From Christensenellaceae bacterium (GTDB lineage Bacteria; Bacillota; Clostridia; Christensenellales; UBA1242), in NCBI GenBank assembly GCA_031260975.1, contig JAISKJ010000003.1, forward strand, positions 559,430-623,429: 64,000 nucleotides of DNA, read 5' to 3'. The position numbers and the translations under genes are program-made. Below the pieces are notes generated by a model. The model was not told the origin of the DNA, did no database searches, and saw nothing but the letters and a program-made list of their open reading frames with translations. Below, piece after piece: positions 1-9,172 of the stretch; within the stretch, counting starts at the first letter, position 1; every line of letters starts with the position of its first letter.

Positions 1-296
1 TCAAATCGGTCGTCCCAGAACGGGTCCTCAAAAATACTTATGGGTTCATTTGGGTTTCTGTTGTTTTTATTTATAGCCGGTCTATAAACCCGATAAAATA
101 AATTTCTTCGCAAATACGGGAAGTCTCCCTGTATAACATTTTCGAGCACAACGTAATTGCTGTATTTTTCCTGATTAAGATATTTTTCAAAAAATTCATC
201 AAAAAGCTTAAAATCTGCGCTGTCTTTATTACATTCAGGGTACGGCAGCTTATCAAAAGTGTTTTTCAATTTTTCAAGTCTGTTTATATTACTCAT
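1..296 (-). CDS. hypothetical protein, N-terminal part only (runs off the window start); paralog of the adjacent 289-aa ORF
   Basis: ATG at 296..294, open to position 1. It is absent from the ORF track because no stop lies in the window. N-terminus KLKNTFDKLPYPECNKDSADFKLFDEFF aligns with LQEELENMPYPEYEDKDNPDFNLFNHFY of 306..1175. Confidence 0.45.
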   Translation of the reverse strand, partial: MSNINRLEKLKNTFDKLPYPECNKDSADFKLFDEFFEKYLNQEKYSNYVVLENVIQGDFPYLRRNLFYRVYRPAINKNNRNPNEPISIFEDPFWDDRF

Positions 297-305
297 TTTT
301 GCCTC

Positions 306-1175
306 TCATTCTATAAATTCAAACGCTTCAAGCGGTTTAACATTCGGCGGAGGAACCATCTTTACAAAATCCTCTATGTGCCCCTCACCGTTATAATACC
401 AATGGTTAAGCATACCAACAACTTCTCTATACATACCAAATTCTTTTCCGTGAATAAAATCATTTCGTTTCAGATGCCCCAGAAGCGCTCCGATGGCTAT
501 GTCGGATGCAATCGGAGTATATTTGCCTTCTTCATTTTTATCAAACAAATTTAATATAAAGTCTTTAATAAAGTGCTCAGGGCTTGGCATTTTATAATCA
601 CATAAGTCTTTATACAGCTCGCATGCGCCGCTCACATAATTTTGCATTATGTCAATCTGTGTCTGCTCGGGCAGATACCTTAAAAGGTCTTTGTGAGTCT
701 CTATAACCTGAGGATTGTCAGAGGTTTTTAGCATATTTCCAACAGCCCTGCCAAAATTATTCAGCTCTAAGACAACATTAAGGTCTATGCTTTGGGCATT
801 CGCTATGTCACCCTGCAAAACATGCTCAAACCGTTCATCCAGACCGTCATCCTGAAAGGCTTTAAACTTTATTTCAAAAAGCTCAGCCAAATCATAATAA
901 ATTTCACGCTGAAAATATCTTTCGGCAGCAAAACTGCAAACACTGTCAAGCAGCTTTTTTCGCAGACACGGGTAACCTCCGTTTATAATTTCTTCTGTAA
1001 TAAAGCATCCGTTTTTCATTTCATTCAAAAGGTGCCCACCATGATAAAAATGGTTAAAGAGATTAAAATCAGGATTATCCTTATCTTCATATTCAGGATA
1101 CGGCATATTTTCAAGTTCTTCTTGTAGTTTTCCGAGTTTTCTTTTAAATCTCTCCGCAACTTGTGCCATAAACAT
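306..1175 (-). CDS. hypothetical protein (289 aa), no recognisable domain
   Basis: Long ORF separated by 9 nt from the next paralogous ORF. No motif recognised. Confidence 0.55.
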   Translation of the reverse strand: MFMAQVAERFKRKLGKLQEELENMPYPEYEDKDNPDFNLFNHFYHGGHLLNEMKNGCFITEEIINGGYPCLRKKLLDSVCSFAAERYFQREIYYDLAELFEIKFKAFQDDGLDERFEHVLQGDIANAQSIDLNVVLELNNFGRAVGNMLKTSDNPQVIETHKDLLRYLPEQTQIDIMQNYVSGACELYKDLCDYKMPSPEHFIKDFILNLFDKNEEGKYTPIASDIAIGALLGHLKRNDFIHGKEFGMYREVVGMLNHWYYNGEGHIEDFVKMVPPPNVKPLEAFEFIE

Positions 1176-1295
1176 ACCTCACTTCTGACATATGATACCA
1201 TATTTCGACACAAAAAACAAGGGCCTTTTCTGCCCTCTATTTCCCTTTGTTACCAAGAACCATATTTTGGTGTTTAAAAACTAAGTCAATCCCTT

Positions 1296-1399
1296 TTGTC
1301 ATTGCAGCCCGTGCCTCAACAGCAAACTTACAAAACAATCCCCCATAAATAATAAAATTATGAGATTGCCGCGTCTATTGAACGCTTATTAAATGACAA
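1296..1399. repeat. family 1 repeat, degenerate copy
   Basis: TTGTCATTGCAGCCC ... ATGAGATTGCCGCGT ... AAATGACAA. The 15-mer ATGAGATTGCCGCGT (1360..1374) recurs exactly at 23537..23551. Confidence 0.55.
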
Positions 1400-1405
1400 T
1401 AAAGT

Positions 1406-1708
1406 TTAGTCAGCTGTTTTTATATCTATGTGTTCCTTAACCTTAGCGGAATACTTATACAAAATAATCTTACGTCCGACAACACCTGCCACATCCGCTT
1501 TAAGCTTTTTTGCAATTTCATCAGCCAACTCCTGAGGCTCGGTGCTCAAATTTTGATTTATTGAAACCTTTATTACCTCGCGGGCACTAAGAGCCGCCAA
1601 AATACTTTCAAGCACCGCATCGGTAAGGCCTTCTTTGCCTATGGTGCAAACGGTCTCCTGAGTGTTTGCATAGCTTCTTATTTTGGCCCTTTGTTTTGAA
1701 TTTAACAT
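1406..1708 (-). CDS. yhbY: YhbY/CRS1-type RNA-binding ribosome assembly protein
   Basis: 100 aa. IGKEGLTD...REVIKV...GRKIILYK pattern typical of the CRM/YhbY domain. SD GAAGGAGA upstream. Immediately downstream of obg. Confidence 0.8.
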   Translation of the reverse strand: MLNSKQRAKIRSYANTQETVCTIGKEGLTDAVLESILAALSAREVIKVSINQNLSTEPQELADEIAKKLKADVAGVVGRKIILYKYSAKVKEHIDIKTAD

Positions 1709-1722
1709 ATCTTTCTCCTTCT

Positions 1723-2985
<1,263 letters not shown>

Positions 2986-3025
2986 TTATTTCTCCTTTTT
3001 ACATTCTTTATATCATCATCAATCG

Positions 3026-3073
3026 GTGCAGTTTTGCGCAAAGATCCCTGCGGATTTTTGCACAAAACTGCAC
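3026..3073. repeat. long hairpin between nth and obg (terminator and/or REP-like)
   Basis: GTGCAGTTTTGCGCAAA gatccctgcggat TTTTGCACAAAACTGCAC. Confidence 0.6.
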
Positions 3074-3085
3074 ATTCAATCAATA

Positions 3086-3709
3086 TTACTTCTTCACGGT
3101 TTTCATACATATATCACAAAAACTGCACCCCTCGCAATCGGGTTTTATAGCGCGACATTTATATCTGCCAAAAAGTAGCATTCGTATATGCATCTGCGAC
3201 CAAAGCTCTTCAGGAAAGAGCTTCATAAGGTCCTGTTCACACTGCTCTGGAGTTTTAGCACTGCTGAGCCCCAGTCTACGGCTCACCCTAAAAACATGCG
3301 TATCTACGGCAATAGCATTTTTATTAAATCCCTCTGCCATAATCACATTGGCAACCTTTCTGCCAACTCCTGGCAATGTCATAAGCCGTTCACGCGTGCT
3401 AGGCACAATTCCGTCAAACTCTTCTTCAATAATTTTGGCGCAAGCTATTAGATTTTTTGCTTTGTTGCGATAAAACCCGCATGAATGAATAAGCCCTTCC
3501 AACGTCTGTTGACTAAGACTTACAAAATCGGCAGGAGTTTTATACTTCTTAAACAACTCCTCAGTTACCATATTCACTCGCTTGTCAGTGCACTGCGCCG
3601 ACAAAATAACAGCCACCAAAAGCTGAAAAATGTTGTCATATTTCAGCTCGGTTTTGGCATAAGCAAATTCACTGCCCAAAGTCTCCATTATTCTCTTTAT
3701 ATCAGCCAT
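3086..3709 (-). CDS. nth: endonuclease III
   Basis: HhH motif LPGVGRKVANVI and C-terminal 4Fe-4S cluster loop CRAIKPDCEGCSFCDIC. Confidence 0.9.
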   Translation of the reverse strand: MADIKRIMETLGSEFAYAKTELKYDNIFQLLVAVILSAQCTDKRVNMVTEELFKKYKTPADFVSLSQQTLEGLIHSCGFYRNKAKNLIACAKIIEEEFDGIVPSTRERLMTLPGVGRKVANVIMAEGFNKNAIAVDTHVFRVSRRLGLSSAKTPEQCEQDLMKLFPEELWSQMHIRMLLFGRYKCRAIKPDCEGCSFCDICMKTVKK

Positions 3710-3764
3710 GCCCCATTATATCACAACTATAAGGTTTTTCATAATATTTTTGTTCGGTATTAAT

Positions 3765-4022
3765 TTATACAACCCTTCGCACAGTCATACTTGTGCCAAA
3801 TCCCGACACCATAAAAAACCCGGCAAATGTATCAAACTTCCGCCTATTCAACACTTCTTTTGCTTGTACTAAATAAGTGTAATCAAACCTAACTGATATT
3901 CCGCATGATACCATAACCGCCCCTGGAGTATTTATCAGGACGGTCTTTACTCCGTATGAAGACAAAATATTTGCAAATAAAAGAGTTTGATTTCTCGACC
4001 TGAATGCTGCTATTATATACAT
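3765..4022 (-). CDS. DUF3343-like small protein (putative S/Se carrier-like)
   Basis: 85 aa. FRSRNQ...TPGAVMVSCGISVRF pattern recalled for DUF3343. Divergent from a class-V aminotransferase, a known pairing. SD GGAG. Confidence 0.6.
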   Translation of the reverse strand: MYIIAAFRSRNQTLLFANILSSYGVKTVLINTPGAVMVSCGISVRFDYTYLVQAKEVLNRRKFDTFAGFFMVSGFGTSMTVRRVV

Positions 4023-4219
4023 AATTTTCTCCGTCTTTTGTACAAACGCAAGGGCCTTGCATATAATACAATATTACTACATTATAGTAGCTTAACGCTA
4101 AAAAGGTGCAAATTTTAAATATCCAAAATTTCATAAAAGAGTATTCTCTATTTTGACAAAAGCTTGATGAGTATATAACATATTGGCATAAGATTGGCCT
4201 GTATAATACCACAATATCT

Positions 4220-4257
4220 TGGCATAGTATTATGCAAAAACACACTATATGTAGTAT
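4220..4257. promoter_or_regulatory. composite operator-like site: 18-bp palindrome, 4 nt, 16-bp palindrome
   Basis: TGGCATAGTATTATGCAA aaac ACACTATATGTAGTAT, in the DUF3343/aminotransferase divergent region. Confidence 0.55.
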
Positions 4258-4282
4258 TTAATATATGTTAAATAAGCCAATC

Positions 4283-4305
4283 TTGCATAACCGTGTATTA
4301 TGCAA
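4283..4305. promoter_or_regulatory. variant palindrome with the same arms and a 9-nt spacer
   Basis: TTGCATA accgtgtat TATGCAA. Confidence 0.4.
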
Positions 4306-4348
4306 AAATATAGTATATGTTGTAGTGCCATTTAGGCAAGGAGTTGAT

Positions 4349-5467
4349 ATGATATATTTTGACAACGCCGCAACAAGCGGCAAAAAACCGTTTGGGGTAA
4401 TTATAAAAACTACCCTTTCAATGCTTCGGTGCGCAAATCCCGGCCGCAGCGGACACACCCGCAGTCTGAAGGCGGCCAATCAGGTGTTTGAAGTGCGCGC
4501 AAAACTCAAGTCTTTTTTCAACGTTCCTTCTGAGGAGAATGTTATATTCACCCAAAACTGCACTCATGCTCTCAACCTTGGCATTGCAGGGTGTCAAAAA
4601 AGAGGCGGGCATATAATCTGCAGCTGCTTTGAACATAATTCAGTGCTACGGTGCCTAAACAAGCTCATGTGCGACGGCAAAATAACTTACAGCGTAGCTA
4701 CTCCACAAGATAAAGAAATTGTCACTCCCGGCGACATTGAGTCTCTTATCAAGCCTGACACCTATATGGTGTGTCTAATTCATACGACTAACACAACCGG
4801 AGTGACACATGATATAGAGGCAGTGGGAAAGCTATGTAAAGAGCGCGGTCTCATCTTTTTGGTAGATGCCGCCCAAAGCGCCGGACACATAAAAATTGAT
4901 ATGCAAAAAGCCAATATAAACCTCCTTGCTTTTGCAGGTCACAAGGGGCTGCTTGCCCCTCAAAGCATAGGCGGACTTTGTATAAATAACATAAATCCAA
5001 ATCCTATAATCTTTGGCGGCACAGGAACCAATTCAATAGACTTAAATCAGCCGAACGAACCCCCTGAAAAATATGAGAGCGGCACAGTTTCAACCCCTCT
5101 TATTTTAGGGCTTGGCAAGGGCATCCATTATGTCAGCAAAAATTTTGATAAACACCGCATAAAGGTTGAAGCATTGACAAAATATCTTTTGCAAAAGCTT
5201 GTGCAAGTCAAAGGCATGGTGTTATACTCCCCCGCATCCGTCAACTCGGGGGTTGTGCTTTTTAATATAAAAAATTATACCTCAAGTGAGGTTGGAGATT
5301 TTTTAAATGACTGCGGTATTGCTGTTCGAAGCGGCTTACATTGTGCACCTCTCACCCACAAGTTTTTGGGCACCGTCAAAACGGGAGCTGTGCGCGTTAG
5401 CCTCAATCACTTCAATAAAAAGCGGGAAATTGACAAACTTATCGCAGCCCTTAATAAGCTAAAATAA
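4349..5467 (+). CDS. class-V aminotransferase, cysteine desulfurase/selenocysteine lyase family
   Basis: MIYFDNAATS start, PLP-lysine motif AGHKGL, C-terminal RSGLHCAP active-site Cys loop. Start moved to the ATG at 4349, preceded by AGGAG. The track start at 4265 lies inside promoter/operator repeats. Confidence 0.85.
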   Translation: MIYFDNAATSGKKPFGVIIKTTLSMLRCANPGRSGHTRSLKAANQVFEVRAKLKSFFNVPSEENVIFTQNCTHALNLGIAGCQKRGGHIICSCFEHNSVLRCLNKLMCDGKITYSVATPQDKEIVTPGDIESLIKPDTYMVCLIHTTNTTGVTHDIEAVGKLCKERGLIFLVDAAQSAGHIKIDMQKANINLLAFAGHKGLLAPQSIGGLCINNINPNPIIFGGTGTNSIDLNQPNEPPEKYESGTVSTPLILGLGKGIHYVSKNFDKHRIKVEALTKYLLQKLVQVKGMVLYSPASVNSGVVLFNIKNYTSSEVGDFLNDCGIAVRSGLHCAPLTHKFLGTVKTGAVRVSLNHFNKKREIDKLIAALNKLK

Positions 5468-5503
5468 ATAAATAAATAATAAACTTTGCATAGTACTACA
5501 TAT

Positions 5504-5541
5504 TGGCATAGTATTATGCAAAATTATACTATATATAGTAT
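5504..5541. promoter_or_regulatory. second copy of the composite site, downstream of the aminotransferase gene
   Basis: TGGCATAGTATTATGCAA aatt ATACTATATATAGTAT (the 16-mer is a perfect palindrome). 34/38 identical to 4220..4257. Confidence 0.55.
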
Positions 5542-5620
5542 TGACTATATTAAACAGAGCACTTTTATCTATCTGAAAATAATAGGTAAAAAATCGTCAC
5601 GGCGGCACTACTGTGACACA

Positions 5621-6784
5621 TCATCTAAAAAGTAAATCCGCATCAAACAGTCCGAAACCCTCGTGGTTTCGGTTTTGTGTAATCCCACGGCAACTGCGCA
5701 CCAATCTTATCTTTAGCTGATCAGGCGTAATATCGGGGTTTTTATCCATAATAAGGCAGGCAATTCCCGCAATCATGGGCGTTGCCACTGAAGTACCGCT
5801 CATCTTCTGATAACTTCCGCTCTTTGACACACCCGTTATATTGGTGGCAGGGGCTACAAGGTCCGGCTTAAAATAATACCCTGCCGGCCCTCTGGAAGAA
5901 AATTCTGCCACTTCAAAATTATTCGGGCTAACTTCGTCTCTCTCATTCCTGTTGTCGTTAAGCCCGCCCACTGTTATTATTTTGTTGGCTGTCCCCGGAG
6001 ATTTTATGCTGCCCTCATCCGGTCCGCTGTTTCCGGCTGCGGCCACCACCACAATACCTGCGTTCCACAAGGCTTCCGCTCCCAAAAGAAGCGGATCCTG
6101 TTCGCCAAGGGAATTACTTCCAAAACTCATACAAACTACACGAATATTATATTTTCGCCTGTTGTCGTATACCCACTGCATTGCTTCCAATATTTTAAAG
6201 GCTCCGGCCTCTCCGTTTTTTTCAAGAGCTTTTATCGAAATAATATTAGCTTGCGTGGCAATGCCTGCAAACTTTCCACCGCTGCTTATTCCGTTTCCAC
6301 AGGCAATACTCGCCACAAACGAACCGTGTCCGTTGTCGTCATAAGGCTCTGCCCTATTGTTTATCAAATCGACAAACTTGACAATACGCTGTCTAGGCAC
6401 GCAAAAATCTAAATGAGGGCAGATACCCGTATCAATTATAGCAATAGTTGAGTTGTTTCCGAAAATACCGACATCATAAAAATGGTGTATGTGCATAATC
6501 TTTTTGGCAACTCCGATTTGTGCAAATACCCTACTTCCGCTTGAAATATATTTAACATTATTATTTTTGGCAATCATCAAAATTTGGCTGTCACTCAAAC
6601 ACATACCCATAGCTTTAATAAACGGATATTCAAAAAACTCACCCACTCCCGACTTTTTAATGGTTTGTCTGAAGGATACAAAGCTTGTTACATAAACTAC
6701 ACAGCTGTGTTTTTCGTTACAACAAAGCCTGACCTTTCTCAAAAGTTCATTATCTATCTTATTTAAAATTTTATCAAAACTCAT
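5621..6784 (-). CDS. subtilisin-like S8 serine peptidase, no signal peptide
   Basis: Catalytic triad contexts AIIDTG (Asp), HGSFVASI (His), GTSVATPMIAG (Ser). The N-terminal ~100 aa resemble a propeptide and contain no hydrophobic leader. Confidence 0.85.
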   Translation of the reverse strand: MSFDKILNKIDNELLRKVRLCCNEKHSCVVYVTSFVSFRQTIKKSGVGEFFEYPFIKAMGMCLSDSQILMIAKNNNVKYISSGSRVFAQIGVAKKIMHIHHFYDVGIFGNNSTIAIIDTGICPHLDFCVPRQRIVKFVDLINNRAEPYDDNGHGSFVASIACGNGISSGGKFAGIATQANIISIKALEKNGEAGAFKILEAMQWVYDNRRKYNIRVVCMSFGSNSLGEQDPLLLGAEALWNAGIVVVAAAGNSGPDEGSIKSPGTANKIITVGGLNDNRNERDEVSPNNFEVAEFSSRGPAGYYFKPDLVAPATNITGVSKSGSYQKMSGTSVATPMIAGIACLIMDKNPDITPDQLKIRLVRSCRGITQNRNHEGFGLFDADLLFR

Positions 6785-6872
6785 ATTTTTCTACCTTTTT
6801 CCTACTTATTTCATTACAGCAAAATATGTGTCATTAAAATAATTTTACAGACCCCATAATCTGCCTCTTTCA

Positions 6873-7154
6873 TCATTCCTCTAATTTATTTACGGTATCC
6901 ATCAAAAATTTTCTTTGATTATCATTTAAAAAAGGGCCTAGCTTATCTATAATCTGGCTTATTTTATTTTTATCAAGATTCCCTTGTTGCTGCTGCTTTT
7001 TTAATTCCTCAAACAGGTCCTGTTCACTAAAATTTTTATATTTCTGATGCAGCTGTTGTATATTTTCCTTAGTTTTTTCATCGAGTTTTTCAGTTTTTTC
7101 AGCTATTTTTTCTTCTATATCTTTGTCCCCGAAATCAAACAAATTCCTGCCCAT
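6873..7154 (-). CDS. hypothetical small charged, coiled-coil-like protein (93 aa)
   Basis: ORF with SD AAAGGGGTG. Lys/Glu/Gln-rich. Confidence 0.5.
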   Translation of the reverse strand: MGRNLFDFGDKDIEEKIAEKTEKLDEKTKENIQQLHQKYKNFSEQDLFEELKKQQQQGNLDKNKISQIIDKLGPFLNDNQRKFLMDTVNKLEE

Positions 7155-7241
7155 ATTTCACCCCTTTCACTTATTATTATATGCGCTCATATAATATTGG
7201 TGTAAAGAGTTGGACAAATATAAAAGGAAGGATTTAGTTTC

Positions 7242-7574
7242 ATGGACATATCAAGGTTTTATCCCGGTGCGCTTTTGGATGAACCGCAAAAGCCTGCCGA
7301 GAAGCCTCCTGCCGAACCTCAAATGCAAACGCAAGGTTCTAACGGACTTAATCAGAATATGCTCACGTCCATTCTTCCTATGCTTATGGGAGGAGGGGGT
7401 GATATTTCAAGCATTTTAGGAAGTTTAGGAGGTGTCGGGGGCGCAAACAACGATAACCCTATGATAAGCGCACTTACTACTATGTTAAAAAACAAGCCTC
7501 AGACAGAGCGTTGTGAAATAAAACAAAAACCGCCTCAGCAATATCAAGAGGCGGATGATTACATATTTGATTAA
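7242..7574 (+). CDS. hypothetical Gly/Pro/Gln-rich low-complexity protein (110 aa)
   Basis: ORF with SD AAGGAAGGA. No domain recognised. Confidence 0.45.
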   Translation: MDISRFYPGALLDEPQKPAEKPPAEPQMQTQGSNGLNQNMLTSILPMLMGGGGDISSILGSLGGVGGANNDNPMISALTTMLKNKPQTERCEIKQKPPQQYQEADDYIFD

Positions 7575-7585
7575 AATTTTTGTCC

Positions 7586-8086
7586 TTATTCTAACACAAA
7601 TGAAAGAGTGATATTTTTAAACTTCTCACCGTCCAGCTTTCGATATTTCACGCCGCACTCATCAAACATTTTTCTGGCGGCAATGTCACCCTCGGTGTCC
7701 TTATATTTATCGCTTAGAAAAACTACTTCCTTGATGCCCGATTGAATAATAATTTTGGCACATTCGTTGCATGGAAAGAGTGCTACATAGAGCTTTGCCT
7801 TTTCAAATTCCCTGTGATTTCCTCTGTAATTTAAAACAGCATTCATTTCAGCATGGCATACATAAGGATATTTTGTATTAAGTCTGCTACCTTCCCTGCT
7901 CCAAGGGAAGTTTTCGTCCTTAAACCCGTTTGGTGCACCGTTATAACCTACGGCCAAAATTCTGTTGTCATCACTTACAATACATGCCCCTACCTGCGTG
8001 CTGGGGTCCTTACTTCTCATACCGCTAAGCTGAGCCAGCGCCATAAAATATTCATCCCAGCTTATATAATCTTTTCTGTGTTCCAT
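7586..8086 (-). CDS. dCMP deaminase (DCTD-type)
   Basis: Zinc motifs VCHAEMNAV and PCNECAKIIIQSGIKEV. YISWDEYFM...SKDP..QVGACIV...YNG.PNG pattern. SD AGGAGA. Confidence 0.9.
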   Translation of the reverse strand: MEHRKDYISWDEYFMALAQLSGMRSKDPSTQVGACIVSDDNRILAVGYNGAPNGFKDENFPWSREGSRLNTKYPYVCHAEMNAVLNYRGNHREFEKAKLYVALFPCNECAKIIIQSGIKEVVFLSDKYKDTEGDIAARKMFDECGVKYRKLDGEKFKNITLSFVLE

Positions 8087-8107
8087 ATTGTTTCTCCTAA
8101 AGCTACT

Positions 8108-8488
8108 CTAATATACTCTATCTCTTATAACCAGCAAATTTTTTATGGCCATGGCATGGTCAAAGTTGCGCACATCCAGCCCAATCAACGTCTTTATCTT
8201 TTGAATTCTATAAAGCATGGTGTTGCGGTGAATATACGCCTGATTGCTGACTGTACTTATTTTGTTAAATCCACGCTCAAACAGAATTTTGATTGTCTGC
8301 ATCAAATCTTCGTCATGAAGCAGTGTTTTAACCCTCGGGTCGTCAAAAATCTTCTGATACTCGTCAACATGCTCATCACTAAAACAATTCAGCAGATTTT
8401 CGGTGCTGAACATAGACAGGATTTTTTCATCCAGAGTTTTGTTATCATCAAACCTTATCTGACACATTTCAAACTTCTTTCTTCCCAC
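8108..8488 (-). CDS. small PucR/CdaR-type C-terminal HTH protein (start uncertain: GTG 8488 or ATG 8467)
   Basis: C-terminal YIHRNTMLYRIQKIKTLIGLDVRN matches the PucR HTH signature (H.NT..YR...I....G.D). Confidence 0.55.
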   Translation of the reverse strand: MGRKKFEMCQIRFDDNKTLDEKILSMFSTENLLNCFSDEHVDEYQKIFDDPRVKTLLHDEDLMQTIKILFERGFNKISTVSNQAYIHRNTMLYRIQKIKTLIGLDVRNFDHAMAIKNLLVIRDRVY

Positions 8489-8524
8489 TTAAGCACCCTC
8501 TTTTAGCTTACGCAAAGCGAAGCT

Positions 8525-9166
8525 TTATTCAAGACTTCCGTTGTTTAACTTTATTATCCTGCCGCCAAACATTTTGGCCACAACTTCATCAGATGTGGCA
8601 AAAACAATCGTTTTATTTGTTTTAATAAACTGCTCTTTCAAAAGTGATATAATGGTCTTTTTATCATTTTCATCCAAATCCTTAAAAATATCGTCAATCA
8701 AAACCATGTCAAGCTCCCTTATGCTAAGACGGGCAACCGACACCAAATACTTTTGATATAAACCAAGCTCAACAGCTTTGGTATTCAAAATCGCCTCGAG
8801 TTTAAAATCTATAACAATTTTGTTGATTATACTTTCCTGCTCTGCCTTATTTTTGGTCCTTAGTTTCACCACATACTTAAGGTTTTCATATACTGTCTTT
8901 TTCTCAAAAAAAGCACCCTTATAAGGGATATAGCCCACATTTATGTCGTTTATGAAGTCTACCTTTTTTATTGGAATGTTTTTTATATACACCTCGCCCT
9001 TGGTGGGCTTTTCAAGGCCGCATAAAACGCGCAAAACACACGATTTGCCGCTACCGCTTGGGCCCAATAGGCAAACCATCTCCCCTTTTTTTATCATAAA
9101 GTTGATATCATACAGCGCAAAAAACTCTTTCGTATACTTTAGAAAAACACCCGAAAATTCTATCAT
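8525..9166 (-). CDS. ABC-type ATPase with degenerate signature and Walker B motifs
   Basis: Walker A GPSGSGKS. Signature position reads LYQKY instead of LSGGQ. Walker B is VLIDDIF (DD instead of DE). Start placed at MIEFSGV (ATG 9166), which lies 6 nt after a TATAAT box. Confidence 0.7.
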   Translation of the reverse strand: MIEFSGVFLKYTKEFFALYDINFMIKKGEMVCLLGPSGSGKSCVLRVLCGLEKPTKGEVYIKNIPIKKVDFINDINVGYIPYKGAFFEKKTVYENLKYVVKLRTKNKAEQESIINKIVIDFKLEAILNTKAVELGLYQKYLVSVARLSIRELDMVLIDDIFKDLDENDKKTIISLLKEQFIKTNKTIVFATSDEVVAKMFGGRIIKLNNGSLE

Positions 9167-9172
9167 ACGGTC

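Noticed and set aside
4242-4257. The 16-bp palindromes ACACTATATGTAGTAT and ATACTATATATAGTAT (also at 5526-5541) resemble the NrdR box consensus (acaCwAtATaTwGtgt)
   Set aside because: There are no ribonucleotide reductase genes nearby, and the outer GTGT/ACAC bases are only half conserved. The box always accompanies the unrelated 18-bp palindrome. I treat this as a resemblance only. A genome-wide NrdR-box scan upstream of nrd genes would settle it.
4265-4348. ORF-track start (4265) for the aminotransferase gene
   Set aside because: The extension has no SD and runs through the palindromic operator units. The ATG at 4349 follows AGGAG and gives the canonical MIYFDNAATS N-terminus.
4175-5545. 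Whether the repeat-bracketed desulfurase gene is an integron-type gene cassette with attC sites
   Set aside because: There are no GTTRRRY core sites, no integrase in the window, and the repeats are symmetric operator-like palindromes rather than attC-like bipartite structures.
7853-8506. 217-aa plus-strand ORF spanning the dCMP deaminase and PucR-HTH genes antisense
   Set aside because: It overlaps two supported minus-strand genes and shows no SD or motif.
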